A stretch of DNA of 64,000 bases, taken from contig JAEYWD010000062.1 of NCBI GenBank assembly GCA_023429135.1, positions 115,416 through 179,415 on the forward strand. Reading direction: 5' to 3'. Positions 29,779 to 40,036 of the stretch are shown one piece after another (position 1 is the first letter of the stretch; each line of letters starts with the position of its first letter). Source of the DNA: Bacteroidota bacterium (GTDB lineage: Bacteria; Bacteroidota; Bacteroidia; Bacteroidales; JAAUTT01). Below the pieces are notes generated by a model. It made no database searches. It had not been told where the DNA came from and was given only the letters and a program-made list of their open reading frames with translations. Both the position numbers and the translations under genes were made by a program.

Positions 29779-29979
29779 ATGAAAGGCAAAGTAAAATGGT
29801 TTGATTCCGCAAAAGGTTATGGTTTCATTCAATCGGACGAGGGCAAAGATATTTTTGTCCATTATACGGGTATAGAAAGAGATGGGTTTAAGGCCCTGCA
29901 GCAAGGTCAGGAGGTCAGTTTTCAGATAGCTGACGGAAAAAGGGGCCCTCAGGCAACAAAGGTTAAGATTGTAGATTAA
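29779..29979 (+). CDS. Cold-shock protein (CspA family)
   Basis: 66 aa. GKVKWFDSAKGYGFI (RNP1) and DIFVHY (RNP2). Confidence 0.95.
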   Translation: MKGKVKWFDSAKGYGFIQSDEGKDIFVHYTGIERDGFKALQQGQEVSFQIADGKRGPQATKVKIVD

Positions 29980-30015
29980 ATAATTAATATTCCCACAATC
30001 TTTTGTGACCCATCC

Positions 30016-30040
30016 AAAATGCCCGGCTCCGGGCATTTTT
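30016..30040. terminator. Bidirectional intrinsic terminator between csp and the beta-barrel gene
   Basis: AAAATGCCCGG ct CCGGGCATTTTT. Confidence 0.75.
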
Positions 30041-30041
30041 G

Positions 30042-30638
30042 CTAAAAGTCGAAACCTAATTTAAAAATCGGATTGGAATAAGGAGAATTGCTTGTTTCAT
30101 TCAAATTCCACATCAGGAGCATATAAATACTTGAACGTCTTCCTATGGCTTGTTTAATACCACCGCCTACCAAAAAGCTATCAATCCAAAACCTTCCAGT
30201 GGGCGGATAGGTTGGATATTCGAAGTGTTTTCTTTCAAGGCTTAGCTGTTCAAACTCAGCTTGGCCAATAATAGAAATCCCGTTACCAATACCAAATGTT
30301 TTACCCATATCCGGGATCACAGCCAGGCGAGTAAATAAATTATATCCATAGATATGTGTCTCAATAGGAGCCACAGGTATTCCGTAGTAATAGGTGGTTC
30401 GTTTATTGTAATATTCATAGCTTATCCCCACACCAACACTCCAGCGGGGATAAATGTGATATCCCACATGGGGGGAGACTTCAATGTCGGTTATAGTCCC
30501 AAACTGTAATCCTACATTTCCTCCCACATACATCCTGTCCCACAGTTTTGGCTTTTCTTTCTTGGGTTGCTGAGCAAATAGTGTAACCGAAAAAAACATC
30601 CCCAAAAAAATAAGAGCATATAACTTATTAATTTTCAT
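30042..30638 (-). CDS. Small outer-membrane beta-barrel protein (hypothetical)
   Basis: 198 aa with a signal peptide, alternating Gly/aromatic strands, and a C-terminal ...FKLGFDF ending in Phe. Confidence 0.6.
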   Translation of the reverse strand: MKINKLYALIFLGMFFSVTLFAQQPKKEKPKLWDRMYVGGNVGLQFGTITDIEVSPHVGYHIYPRWSVGVGISYEYYNKRTTYYYGIPVAPIETHIYGYNLFTRLAVIPDMGKTFGIGNGISIIGQAEFEQLSLERKHFEYPTYPPTGRFWIDSFLVGGGIKQAIGRRSSIYMLLMWNLNETSNSPYSNPIFKLGFDF

Positions 30639-30846
30639 TTCTTTATAGTTTTTTAAGTATTTAAAAAATCTAAATAACTTTCTTTTGTGAAACTTGTGTC
30701 TATTTTATATTTTTTCGTAATTTACGTTCTGTAAAAGTAATGAAAAACATATTTGCACGATATATTGTTGAATCCATTCTTTACAAATTGAATACCACAC
30801 GTGCCATCAGAAGAGGTTATATATTTTTGTTTTCTAATTTAAAGTT

Positions 30847-31557
30847 ATGAATGTAGTTATAACTGGAGCAAGCAGAGGAATCGGTTTTCAGATGGCCCTG
30901 CATTTTGCCCGACTAGGTGCCAATAAAATTATTGGAATTTCGCGCAACTACAAACAATTGTGCAGTTTGAAAGAAATTTGCCATGAAAAATATCCCACCT
31001 CCGAATTTTTAGCTGTTGCATACGATCTTCAGGGCATTACCCAGAATGAACCCCAATTAGCCGGCCTTATAAAACAAAATCTTAGTTCCATAGATATTCT
31101 CATTAATAATGCGGGGCTCTTAAATCCAAAACCCTTCGAGAGTGCTTCGGCCGATGATATTATGAGAGTTTTCAATGTTAACTACTTTGGCCCTGCATTA
31201 CTCACAAAAAACCTGATGCCTCTTCTAAAAGTATCACAAGGACATGTGGTGAACATTACAAGTATGGGTGGGTTTCAGGGAAGCACTAAATTTAGGGGAC
31301 TTTCGCATTATAGCGCCAGCAAAGCTGCATTAACTGTTTTAACCGAGTGTTTGGCTGAGGAATATAAAAATGAAGGCGTTTCGTTTAATGCCCTGGCTTT
31401 AGGATCGGTTCAGACCGAAATGCTCGAAGAAGCATTTCCTGGAGTTAACGTTCCTTTGAAACCTGAGGAAGCTGCTCAATTTATAGCCGATTTTGCCATA
31501 AACGGAAAGAAATACTTTAATGGTAAAGTTTTACCTGTTTCTATATCAACACCTTAA
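30847..31557 (+). CDS. SDR-family oxidoreductase
   Basis: 236 aa. VVITGASRGIG, NNAG, and the catalytic YSASKAA. Confidence 0.9.
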   Translation: MNVVITGASRGIGFQMALHFARLGANKIIGISRNYKQLCSLKEICHEKYPTSEFLAVAYDLQGITQNEPQLAGLIKQNLSSIDILINNAGLLNPKPFESASADDIMRVFNVNYFGPALLTKNLMPLLKVSQGHVVNITSMGGFQGSTKFRGLSHYSASKAALTVLTECLAEEYKNEGVSFNALALGSVQTEMLEEAFPGVNVPLKPEEAAQFIADFAINGKKYFNGKVLPVSISTP

Positions 31558-32630
31558 ATGTATATTTTCACTTTGGTTTCGTTCCTAAGAACGTGATAAG
31601 CATTTAAGGCTAAAGCTCTCATCTCATCTTCTCCCGGGTAAATAACAACCGGTGCAATAAATTGGATGTGCTTTGTAATATAATCCATCAGGGTTTTGTT
31701 GTGTGCTATCCCTCCGGTAATAAGGATATTATCAACTCTCCCTTCAAGAACAGCCGCCATTGTTCCAATGTATTTCGATATCTGATATCCCAGGGTATTT
31801 TGCAATAACTGCGCTTCCTTGTCGCCCTCCTGAGCTCTTTTTTCAATTTCAACAGCATCGTTTGTTCCGAAGTAGGCAACAAAGCCACCTTCGCCTGTTA
31901 CCATTTTTTTAAGAGTTTCCTGCGAGTATTCACCACTGAAGCAAGCTTTTATTAAGTCGCCAACGGGTAAGGTGCCGCTTCTCTCCGGAGAAAGAGGACC
32001 TTCTCCATCCAGTGCCTGATTCACATCTATTACTTTCCCCTTACGATGGGCTCCTACAGATATTCCTCCGCCAAGATGGGCAATGATAAGGTTGAGTTCT
32101 TCATATTCCTTACCTATACTTTTAGCATGAATGCGGGCTATAGCTTTCTGATTGAGTGCGTGAAAAACCGACCGGCGTTTAAACTGGGGTAATCCTGTTA
32201 GGCGGGCTTCATCGCATAGTTCGTCCACAACCACCGGATCGGCAATATAGGCTTTGGCGCTCGGGAGCTCTTGTGCAATATTATCGGCAATCAGGGCGCC
32301 AAGATTACTGGCATGCTCTCCAAAACGGCACGAAAGCAGATCTTCCTTCATGATTTCGTTAACGGCATATACACCTGAAGGTATTGGCTTCAGTAATCCC
32401 CCACGACCAATAACTATTTCAATTCTTTCAATTGTTACACCGGCGTCTTTAAGTTCTGAAAGAATGATCGATTTGCGGAAGGCAAACTGATTTATAACTG
32501 AGGTGAAATTTTTAAGTTCCTCAGAGGAATGCTTTATGTTTTTTACAAATACCGACTTTATATTGTCGTAAACCGCAATTTTGGTTGAAGTAGAACCTGG
32601 ATTAATAGCTAATATAAGCCTGTTTTCCAT
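31554..32630 (-). CDS. buk: Butyrate kinase
   Basis: 358 aa. ILAINPGSTSTKIAVYDN... and HLGGGISVGAH are typical of Buk. Confidence 0.9.
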   Translation of the reverse strand: MENRLILAINPGSTSTKIAVYDNIKSVFVKNIKHSSEELKNFTSVINQFAFRKSIILSELKDAGVTIERIEIVIGRGGLLKPIPSGVYAVNEIMKEDLLSCRFGEHASNLGALIADNIAQELPSAKAYIADPVVVDELCDEARLTGLPQFKRRSVFHALNQKAIARIHAKSIGKEYEELNLIIAHLGGGISVGAHRKGKVIDVNQALDGEGPLSPERSGTLPVGDLIKACFSGEYSQETLKKMVTGEGGFVAYFGTNDAVEIEKRAQEGDKEAQLLQNTLGYQISKYIGTMAAVLEGRVDNILITGGIAHNKTLMDYITKHIQFIAPVVIYPGEDEMRALALNAYHVLRNETKVKIYI

Positions 32631-32634
32631 TCAT

Positions 32635-33531
32635 TTATGTCAATAATGTTGCTAAGGCTATGGAGTACAATTTACTTTCTTCGGTATCGGCGCGAGAAGT
32701 AAGAACTACAGGAACAGTGGCACCAACGACAACAGCAGCAGTTTTAGCCCCGCCGAGAAATAAGAGTGACTTATATAAAACATTTCCGGCATCAAGGTTA
32801 TGTACCACAAGCAAATCGGCATCTCCGGCAACATCACTTACAATGCCTTTATGTTCAGCAGCTTCCTTTGATACGGCATTATCCAGAGCGAGGGGACCAT
32901 CTACGATGCATCCTTTAATCTGTCCTCTCCGGTTCATTGTAGCCAGAACTGCGGCATGTCCGGTCGATTCAATTTTGCTGTTCACAGTTTCTACCGGGCA
33001 AACTATTGCTACTTTGGGTAGTGGGCATCCTAGCTTATGGAAAACTTCAGATGCATTGGCAATCAGGCTTATTTTTTCTTCCAGAGTTGGAGCTATATTC
33101 ATTGCCGCATCTGTTAATCCTAAAATTTTATGGTAATGGGCAGTCTGAAAAAGGGCCACATGACTTAATACCTGACTTTTTCTGATTCCTTTTTCTTTGT
33201 CGAGAATAGCCTTTAGCAAGGCAGCAGTCGATACAAAACCCTTCATCAGCAGTTCGGCTTTTTTTTCTTTTACAAGCTGAACGGCCATACGGGCCGATTC
33301 TGCCGGATCATTTTCAGGTATAAGTTTAAATCCTGAAATTTCAAAATCCAGCTTTTTACAGTAATCTTCGATCTTATTTTTATTGCCTATAAATAAGGGC
33401 TCTATAATACCTTCTTTAACACCATCATAAATGGCTGAAATAACAGCTTCATCTTCGGCAGCAGCTATAGCTATAACTTTTTTTTGCTGCTTTTTCGATT
33501 CGTTTAATAATGATTCAAAATTTGGTATCAT
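32635..33531 (-). CDS. ptb: Phosphate butyryltransferase
   Basis: 298 aa. PTA_PTB-family pattern (AEDEAVISAI..., LSHVALF..., TSRADT). Adjacent to buk. Confidence 0.8.
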   Translation of the reverse strand: MIPNFESLLNESKKQQKKVIAIAAAEDEAVISAIYDGVKEGIIEPLFIGNKNKIEDYCKKLDFEISGFKLIPENDPAESARMAVQLVKEKKAELLMKGFVSTAALLKAILDKEKGIRKSQVLSHVALFQTAHYHKILGLTDAAMNIAPTLEEKISLIANASEVFHKLGCPLPKVAIVCPVETVNSKIESTGHAAVLATMNRRGQIKGCIVDGPLALDNAVSKEAAEHKGIVSDVAGDADLLVVHNLDAGNVLYKSLLFLGGAKTAAVVVGATVPVVLTSRADTEESKLYSIALATLLT

Positions 33532-33533
33532 AA

Positions 33534-34766
33534 TTAATAATCAATTTTAAAGCTTCCCTGTGTTCTCATATTTTCGAGGATGTCCATGGTATCCTGGGCT
33601 ATAATAAGTTCTTCGTTTGTGGGTACAACCAAAACTTTTACTCTGGAGTGTTCCCTGGTAAGCACCATTTCCTGCCCATGAACTCCGTTATTCTTTTCAT
33701 AATCAAAGTCAATTCCTAAAAATTCCAAGCCTTTAATTACTTCGCTTCGGGTATAATCAGAGTTTTCGCCAATACCACCTGTAAAAATAAGCATATCCAG
33801 ACCACCCATGGCGGCTGCATAAGAGCCAATGTATTTTCTGATACGGTAGTGATACATATTGAGCCCAAGTTTGGCTCTTTCGTTCCCTTCATAAGCGGCT
33901 TTCATGATTTCGCGCATATCGGAAGAGACTCCTGTGATGCCAAGCATACCACTATGCTTGTTTATCAGAGTATTAGCAGTACTTATATCAAGTTCCTCTT
34001 TCATCATCAAGTAAGTGAGTACGCCAAGATCCAAATCTCCGCTTCGGGTTCCCATAATCAGACCTTCAACTGGAGTTAATCCCATGGAGGTGTCAATGGA
34101 AACACCATTATTAATGGCTGTTAAAGAGGCTCCATTTCCGAGATGACAGGTAATTATTTTGAGATCCTGCTTATTTTGGCCAATCATTTCGGCACCGCGT
34201 TGTGATACATAGCGGTGACTGGTTCCGTGAAAACCATAGCGCCGTATTCCATATTTTTTATACAATGGAAACGGAATAGCATACATATATGCATAGTCGG
34301 GCATAGTTTGATGAAAGGCGGTATCGAAAACACTTACCTGCGGCACATTGGGTAACAATGCCTGCATGGCAAAAATACCTTTAAGGTTAGGCGGATTATG
34401 AAGCGGGGCCAGGTCGATACATTCTTCCAGCATTCTGATAACTTCATCGGTAATGAGCACACTGGAATTGAATTTTTCGCCTCCATGCACTACACGGTGA
34501 CCAACGGCATCTATTTCTTCAAAATTGGAAATGCTTCCATGTCTTACAGAGGTGAGAATTCCAAGCACATATTCTATACCCGACTGATGATCGTATATAT
34601 CTCCTTCAAGCAGAAGTTTGTCGCCATCAATACGTTCATTTTTAATAAAAGATCCATGTAGGCCTATCTTCTCGACAACACCTTTTGCCAGTACTTCGCG
34701 CGAGGCCATGTCGAAAAGCTGATATTTGATGGAGGAACTTCCGCAGTTTAAAACAATTATTTTCAT
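33534..34766 (-). CDS. ackA: Acetate kinase
   Basis: 410 aa. MKIIVLNCGSSSIKYQLFDM, RRYGFHGTSHRYV, IITCHLGNGAS. Confidence 0.9.
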   Translation of the reverse strand: MKIIVLNCGSSSIKYQLFDMASREVLAKGVVEKIGLHGSFIKNERIDGDKLLLEGDIYDHQSGIEYVLGILTSVRHGSISNFEEIDAVGHRVVHGGEKFNSSVLITDEVIRMLEECIDLAPLHNPPNLKGIFAMQALLPNVPQVSVFDTAFHQTMPDYAYMYAIPFPLYKKYGIRRYGFHGTSHRYVSQRGAEMIGQNKQDLKIITCHLGNGASLTAINNGVSIDTSMGLTPVEGLIMGTRSGDLDLGVLTYLMMKEELDISTANTLINKHSGMLGITGVSSDMREIMKAAYEGNERAKLGLNMYHYRIRKYIGSYAAAMGGLDMLIFTGGIGENSDYTRSEVIKGLEFLGIDFDYEKNNGVHGQEMVLTREHSRVKVLVVPTNEELIIAQDTMDILENMRTQGSFKIDY

Positions 34767-34776
34767 TACTTAAATG

Positions 34777-35736
34777 TCATTTTATTTCGGTGCAGGTTAT
34801 GTTCTGCGAAACTTTTGTGTCACGTTCATATTTATAAAAACCTTTGCCGGTTTTCCGTCCCAGGTTGTTGGCACGTACAAGTCGCTTGATAATGGGAGAA
34901 GCTTTGAATTTCTGCAAACCAAATTCCTGATAAAGGTTATCCATATATTTTAATATCTTATCGAGGCCAATCCTATCAGCCAGCTCGAAAGGTCCAAACT
35001 GTAAACCATACCCGATTTTCATGGTGTTGTCGATGCTTTCAATAGAGGCTACTCCTTCCATCAGAACTTCACATGCTTCGTTTATTAGGGTGACAATCAA
35101 TCGTGTACTTATATTTCCAGGCGATTCGTTCACAGTTACCACCTTTTTTCCTATCATTTTGGCAAAACGGCAAACAAAATCGTAAGCTTCTTCACTGGTT
35201 CTCAATCCTTTAACAACTTCAACAACTTTAACCGTAGGTGGGATCATAAAATGAAGACCAACAGCACGTTCCGGGAAATTGAGAGTGGAGGAAAGATCCG
35301 AAATCATAAGAGTGGAAATATTTGAAGTGATTACCGCATCGGGCGATACATTCTCTTCAATTTTTCTAAAAACCTCTTTTCTTAATTCGATTGAAGTGCC
35401 TGGTTTGTTGGAACTTATAGTTTCCATTACCAGGTTGCATTCAGCAATTTTACTGTAATCGGTCGTGCCCTGTATTCTCGAAAGTATTGCTCTTTTCTCA
35501 CTCTCTGTCAAACCCCAGCGATCGATAATCATATCGAGCTGCCGGTTTATATCGAGAAAAATTTCGTTTACTCTTTCTTCACTAACATCTACAAAAACAA
35601 CATCTATTCCGGATTGGCTTACAATACGGGCAATTTCCTGGCCAACCGATCCGCAACCCACGATACCAACTTTACGAAGACTTTCCTTCTTCCGTAGCTT
35701 CTCGTTAAGTGCATAATCTTCTAAAACTTCCGACAT
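34777..35736 (-). CDS. 3-hydroxyacyl-CoA (3-hydroxybutyryl-CoA) dehydrogenase family protein
   Basis: 319 aa. Rossmann motif VGIVGCGSVGQEIA, then ESPGNISTRL and GPFELADRIGLD. Confidence 0.8.
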   Translation of the reverse strand: MSEVLEDYALNEKLRKKESLRKVGIVGCGSVGQEIARIVSQSGIDVVFVDVSEERVNEIFLDINRQLDMIIDRWGLTESEKRAILSRIQGTTDYSKIAECNLVMETISSNKPGTSIELRKEVFRKIEENVSPDAVITSNISTLMISDLSSTLNFPERAVGLHFMIPPTVKVVEVVKGLRTSEEAYDFVCRFAKMIGKKVVTVNESPGNISTRLIVTLINEACEVLMEGVASIESIDNTMKIGYGLQFGPFELADRIGLDKILKYMDNLYQEFGLQKFKASPIIKRLVRANNLGRKTGKGFYKYERDTKVSQNITCTEIK

Positions 35737-35753
35737 TTTATTTATATAATAAT

Positions 35754-36755
35754 TTAAATTCCGGCAGCCTGGTTTACTGTAATTGCGATCAGATTCACAA
35801 TATCCTTAACCGAGCAGCCTCTTGACAAGTCGTTAATAGGAGCGGCCATTCCTTGCAAAACAGGTCCAACCGCTTCAGCATCAGCTAAACGCTGTACCAA
35901 TTTATAGCAAATATTTCCGGTTTGAAGATCGGGAAACACTAAAACATTGGCATTTCCTGCTATCTCGCTTCCCGGGGCTTTACTTTTCCCTATCGATTCT
36001 ATGATAGCAGCATCGGCCTGCAGTTCACCGTCAATTTTTAACGATGGATCCATCTGCCTGGCTATTTTGGTAGCGTTAATTACTTTGTCCACAAGTTCAT
36101 GTTTGGCACTACCTTTGGTCGAAAAGCTCAACATCGCTATTCTTGGTTCAAAACCAGCAATGGCTCGGGTAGTTTTTGCTGTTGCTACAGCAATCTGTGC
36201 GAGTTCCTGGTCGGTGGGATTGGGATGCACGGCACAATCGGCAAATACCATAATTCCATTGTTCCCAAACGATTTGTTTTTCAATATCATAATAAACGCA
36301 CCTGAAACTACAGATATACCTGGTAAGGTTTTAACATACTGAAAAGCAGGACGTAATACATCACCGGTTGCATTCATCGCTCCGGCAACTTCACCATCAG
36401 CATTGCCGTTTTTGATCATAATAGTGGCCAGATAAAGCGGATCTTCAACAAGCTTTTGGGCATTGGAGCGTGTAAGCCCTTTGGCTTTTCGCAGTTCTAC
36501 CATCAGGTCAATATATTGCTCTTTTTTAGGGTGATTTACAGGGTCGATAATTTCAGCTTCAGAGATATATTTTAAATCCCATTGTTTAGCTAATTCAAAA
36601 ATTTTTGAAGGGTTCCCAATAAGTGAAATGCGGGCGATTTTTTCCTGGATGACCTGATCTGCAGCTTTAAGGGTGCGTTCTTCTGTTCCTTCGGGTAAAA
36701 CAATGCGTTTGTTCTGAAGTTTTGCTTTTTCTTTAATACTGTCGAGCAATTCCAT
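35754..36755 (-). CDS. pta: Phosphate acetyltransferase (short form)
   Basis: 333 aa. RIVLPEGTEERTLKAA..., FADCAVHPNP..., DLSRGCS. Confidence 0.85.
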   Translation of the reverse strand: MELLDSIKEKAKLQNKRIVLPEGTEERTLKAADQVIQEKIARISLIGNPSKIFELAKQWDLKYISEAEIIDPVNHPKKEQYIDLMVELRKAKGLTRSNAQKLVEDPLYLATIMIKNGNADGEVAGAMNATGDVLRPAFQYVKTLPGISVVSGAFIMILKNKSFGNNGIMVFADCAVHPNPTDQELAQIAVATAKTTRAIAGFEPRIAMLSFSTKGSAKHELVDKVINATKIARQMDPSLKIDGELQADAAIIESIGKSKAPGSEIAGNANVLVFPDLQTGNICYKLVQRLADAEAVGPVLQGMAAPINDLSRGCSVKDIVNLIAITVNQAAGI

Positions 36756-37013
36756 GATTCAAAAATTTTCAATTAAGTTTCATTACTGATATGAAATTTC
36801 AACTGCGGTTCAGGTATCAAAGATAATATTCCTGATGCGTTAAAAATCCACCAAACCTATATTTTCCATTAATATTCTTTAACATATCTGCTGATGATTA
36901 AATTCAGCTTATGTAAATTAAACAATTAACCGATGAAATCAAAATTCATTTTTTGGGTTAGACTCACATATAATTAGTTTTAAGGGAAAACTGAATTAGT
37001 TGGCACAAAATTC

Positions 37014-37021
37014 TATCTTTG
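37014..37021 (+). promoter_or_regulatory. Bacteroidetes-type -7 box TATCTTTG upstream of the FAD/Fe-S dehydrogenase gene
   Basis: Exact match to the TAnnTTTG consensus, 22 nt before ATG 37043. Confidence 0.4.
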
Positions 37022-37042
37022 CGGTTATTTTATTTTATAAGA

Positions 37043-39976
37043 ATGAACCTGGAACAAAAGATTTCTCAGCTTGATAAAACTCTGAAGGGTAAAATATATT
37101 CGGACAGGGTCGCCAAAATCTTATATGCCACCGATGCTTCGGCATATCGCGAAGTGCCACTGGCAGTTGCCATTCCTGAAGATGACGAAGATATCAGTAA
37201 AATTATTCAATTTGCCCGCGAGGAAAGGTTGAGCCTCATTCCGCGTGGGGCAGGAACATCTCTGGCGGGACAAGTGGTTGGCAATGGTATTGTGGTTGAC
37301 ATTTCCCGAAATTTCAGAAAAATCCTAAAAGTGGATGAAGCTAACCACTCAGTTACTGTTCAGCCGGGTGTTGTGCTTGATGAGTTAAATCTTAACTTAA
37401 AGCAATATAATTTATTTTTTGGGCCGGAAACCTCCACCTCCAATCGTTGTGTGATGGGTGGGATGCTTGGTAATAACTCCTGTGGTTCTCACTCGATTAT
37501 TTACGGAAGCACACGCGATCATATCAATAGCGTAAAAGCGTTCCTGAGCGATGGTTCTTTTACTGAGTTTACTGATGTTACTGCGCAGGAATTCGAAAAT
37601 AAACTGCGGGGCAATTCTTTTGAATCGCATCTTTACAGAAGTCACTATGATATTTTAAAGAATCCTGTTAATCAGGAATCTATTCGACGCGAGTTCCCCG
37701 ATCCGGAGATTCGTAGGCGTAACAACGGTTATGCCATCGATGTACTTTTGGAAACCAATCCGTTTACAGGAAACAAAATTCCGTTCAACTTCTCAAAACT
37801 GCTTGCCGGTTCTGAAGGAACACTGGCCATGGCTACTGAAATGGTTCTCAACCTGGTACCAATTCCTCCGAAAGAAAAAGCTGTTATTTGTGTGCATCTG
37901 AACACAGTAATGGAGGCTTTGTATGCGAATTTAATTGCGCTTAAATACGCTCCAGGTGCTGTAGAGTTAATGGACTCTATAATATTGAACTGTACGAAAG
38001 ATAATATTTCGCAGCGGCGAAACCGGTTCTTTGTTCAGGGCGATCCGGGTGCTTTGTTAATTGTGGAATTTGCCCGCGAAACCAAGGAGGAGATTCTTGA
38101 AATTCAGATTAGTCTTGAAAAAGAACTCAGAGCTAATAATCTGGGGTATCACTTCCCGGTGTTATTTGGCTCTGATATTGCCAAGGTTTGGGCTTTAAGA
38201 AAATCGGGGTTGGGTGTATTGTCTAATATTCCTGGTGATGCTAAACCTGTATCGGTTATTGAGGATACCGCTGTTCATCCGCGTGATTTGCCTGCGTATA
38301 TAACCGACTTCAACGAATTACTTACGAAGCATAAGCTCGAATGCGTGTTTCATGCGCATGTAGGCTCGGGTGAGCTTCATCTGCGCCCTGTGCTGAATCT
38401 GAAGGATCCAAAAGATGTTCAAATTTTCCGTACGCTGGCTTTGGAAACGGCTCAACTGGTTAAAAAATACCGGGGTAGTCTGAGTGGTGAGCATGGCGAT
38501 GGGCGTTTACGTGGCGAATTTTTGCCTGTGATGATTGGTGAACAGAATTATGAGCTTGTGAAGCAGGTGAAAAAGATTTGGGACCCGGAGAATTTGTTTA
38601 ACGCAAATAAGATTGTCGATACGCCGGCCATGAATAGTTCCCTGAGGTATAATCCCGGTGAACCCTCTAAAAAAATTGAGACATATTTTGATTTCTCTGC
38701 AACTATGGGAATCATGGGGGCAGTTGAAAATTGCAATGGTAGCGCCGACTGCCGTAAAACTGAAGTAATTGGAGGCGTGATGTGCCCCAGTTATATGGCT
38801 ACCCGGGACGAGAATGCAACTACCCGGGCGCGTGCCAATATTTTAAGGGAATATTTAACCCGGTCGGATAAGGTAAATCCTTTCGATCATAAGGAAATTG
38901 GCCAGGTGCTCGATCTTTGCATTTCGTGTAAGGGTTGTAAAAGCGAATGTCCTTCGAATGTGGATATGGCCAAACTGAAAGCCGAGTACCTGCAGCATTA
39001 TTACGATGCCAATGGGGTTCCGCTCCGCAGTTGGCTCGTAGGAAATATTAATAAATTCAACAAGCTTGCAAGTGTTGTTCCGTCCATGTATAATTATATG
39101 ATGAACAAATCTCCGTTGGCAAAACCAATTAAAAACTTTATTGGTTTTAGCGAGAAGAGAATGTTGCCTGCCTTAGCTCCTCAGACATTTAAGAAGTGGT
39201 TAGGTAAAAATCTTGATCACCTCAATGCTGATCTTTCGGACGATGCTAAAACGATTTGTTTGTTTGTGGATGAATTTACAAACTACAACGATGTGGAGAT
39301 TGGGGTTAAATGTGTGAAATTGCTGAATAAATTAGGTTACAAAGTTATTACATCTTCACATAAGGAAAGCGGTCGGACATATCTGTCGAAGGGATTACTG
39401 AAAAAAGCACGTGCTTTAGCTGAATATAATGTTAAATCGCTACACACCCTGGTTGGTCAAAACATTCCTTTAGTGGGAATTGAACCATCATGTATTTTAA
39501 CCTTCCGCGACGAGTATCCTGAACTTGTAACGGCTCCTTTCCGCAATCAAGCTAAAGAATTATCTAAAAATGTTTATCTCATCGAGGAGTTCCTGAGTAA
39601 AGAATTTGAAGACGGAAGGATAGATGTTTCCAAATTTAGCCGCCAGGAGAAGATAATTAAATTCCATGGGCACTGCCAGCAAAAAGCTATTGTTTCCACA
39701 ACGCCGACTCAAAAGATGCTTTCCATACCACAGAATTTTAAAGTAAGCGAAATTAAGTCGGGTTGCTGCGGCATGGCCGGATCATTTGGATATGAAAAAG
39801 AACATTACGATGTATCGATGAAAATCGGAGAACTGGTACTTTTCCCCGAAATTAGAAAATCGGACGACAATACCATAATAGCTGCACCAGGAACAAGCTG
39901 TCGTCATCATATAGCTGATGGAACAGGGAAGAAGGCCGTGCATCCGATTGAAGTTCTATACGATGCTTTAGCGTAA
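37043..39976 (+). CDS. Fused FAD-binding (GlcD-like) and Fe-S/CCG-domain (GlcF-like) dehydrogenase, YdiJ-like
   Basis: About 977 aa. FAD-binding PRGAGTSLAGQ, a 4Fe-4S motif CISCKGCKSECP, and C-terminal Cys-rich CCG-like segments (CCGMAGSFG). The track start 37019 is TTG. ATG 37043 is preferred. Confidence 0.8.
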   Translation: MNLEQKISQLDKTLKGKIYSDRVAKILYATDASAYREVPLAVAIPEDDEDISKIIQFAREERLSLIPRGAGTSLAGQVVGNGIVVDISRNFRKILKVDEANHSVTVQPGVVLDELNLNLKQYNLFFGPETSTSNRCVMGGMLGNNSCGSHSIIYGSTRDHINSVKAFLSDGSFTEFTDVTAQEFENKLRGNSFESHLYRSHYDILKNPVNQESIRREFPDPEIRRRNNGYAIDVLLETNPFTGNKIPFNFSKLLAGSEGTLAMATEMVLNLVPIPPKEKAVICVHLNTVMEALYANLIALKYAPGAVELMDSIILNCTKDNISQRRNRFFVQGDPGALLIVEFARETKEEILEIQISLEKELRANNLGYHFPVLFGSDIAKVWALRKSGLGVLSNIPGDAKPVSVIEDTAVHPRDLPAYITDFNELLTKHKLECVFHAHVGSGELHLRPVLNLKDPKDVQIFRTLALETAQLVKKYRGSLSGEHGDGRLRGEFLPVMIGEQNYELVKQVKKIWDPENLFNANKIVDTPAMNSSLRYNPGEPSKKIETYFDFSATMGIMGAVENCNGSADCRKTEVIGGVMCPSYMATRDENATTRARANILREYLTRSDKVNPFDHKEIGQVLDLCISCKGCKSECPSNVDMAKLKAEYLQHYYDANGVPLRSWLVGNINKFNKLASVVPSMYNYMMNKSPLAKPIKNFIGFSEKRMLPALAPQTFKKWLGKNLDHLNADLSDDAKTICLFVDEFTNYNDVEIGVKCVKLLNKLGYKVITSSHKESGRTYLSKGLLKKARALAEYNVKSLHTLVGQNIPLVGIEPSCILTFRDEYPELVTAPFRNQAKELSKNVYLIEEFLSKEFEDGRIDVSKFSRQEKIIKFHGHCQQKAIVSTTPTQKMLSIPQNFKVSEIKSGCCGMAGSFGYEKEHYDVSMKIGELVLFPEIRKSDDNTIIAAPGTSCRHHIADGTGKKAVHPIEVLYDALA

Positions 39977-39998
39977 ATAAAATAATTTTTCATTTTGG

Positions 39999-40036
39999 AA
40001 ATCCACAGAGTTACATTCTGTGGATTTTTTGTTTTT
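39999..40036 (+). terminator. Intrinsic terminator after the FAD/Fe-S dehydrogenase gene
   Basis: 11-bp stem AAATCCACAGA/TCTGTGGATTT with a 7-nt loop, followed by TTTTGTTTTT. Confidence 0.8.

Noticed and set aside
39999-40027. DnaA-box-like 9-mers (AAATCCACA and TGTGGATTT) as evidence for oriC next to the AT-rich island.
   Set aside because: They are only 7/9 matches and are simply the two arms of the terminator hairpin of the upstream gene. No cluster of good boxes was seen in 40000-40680, so no origin call is made.
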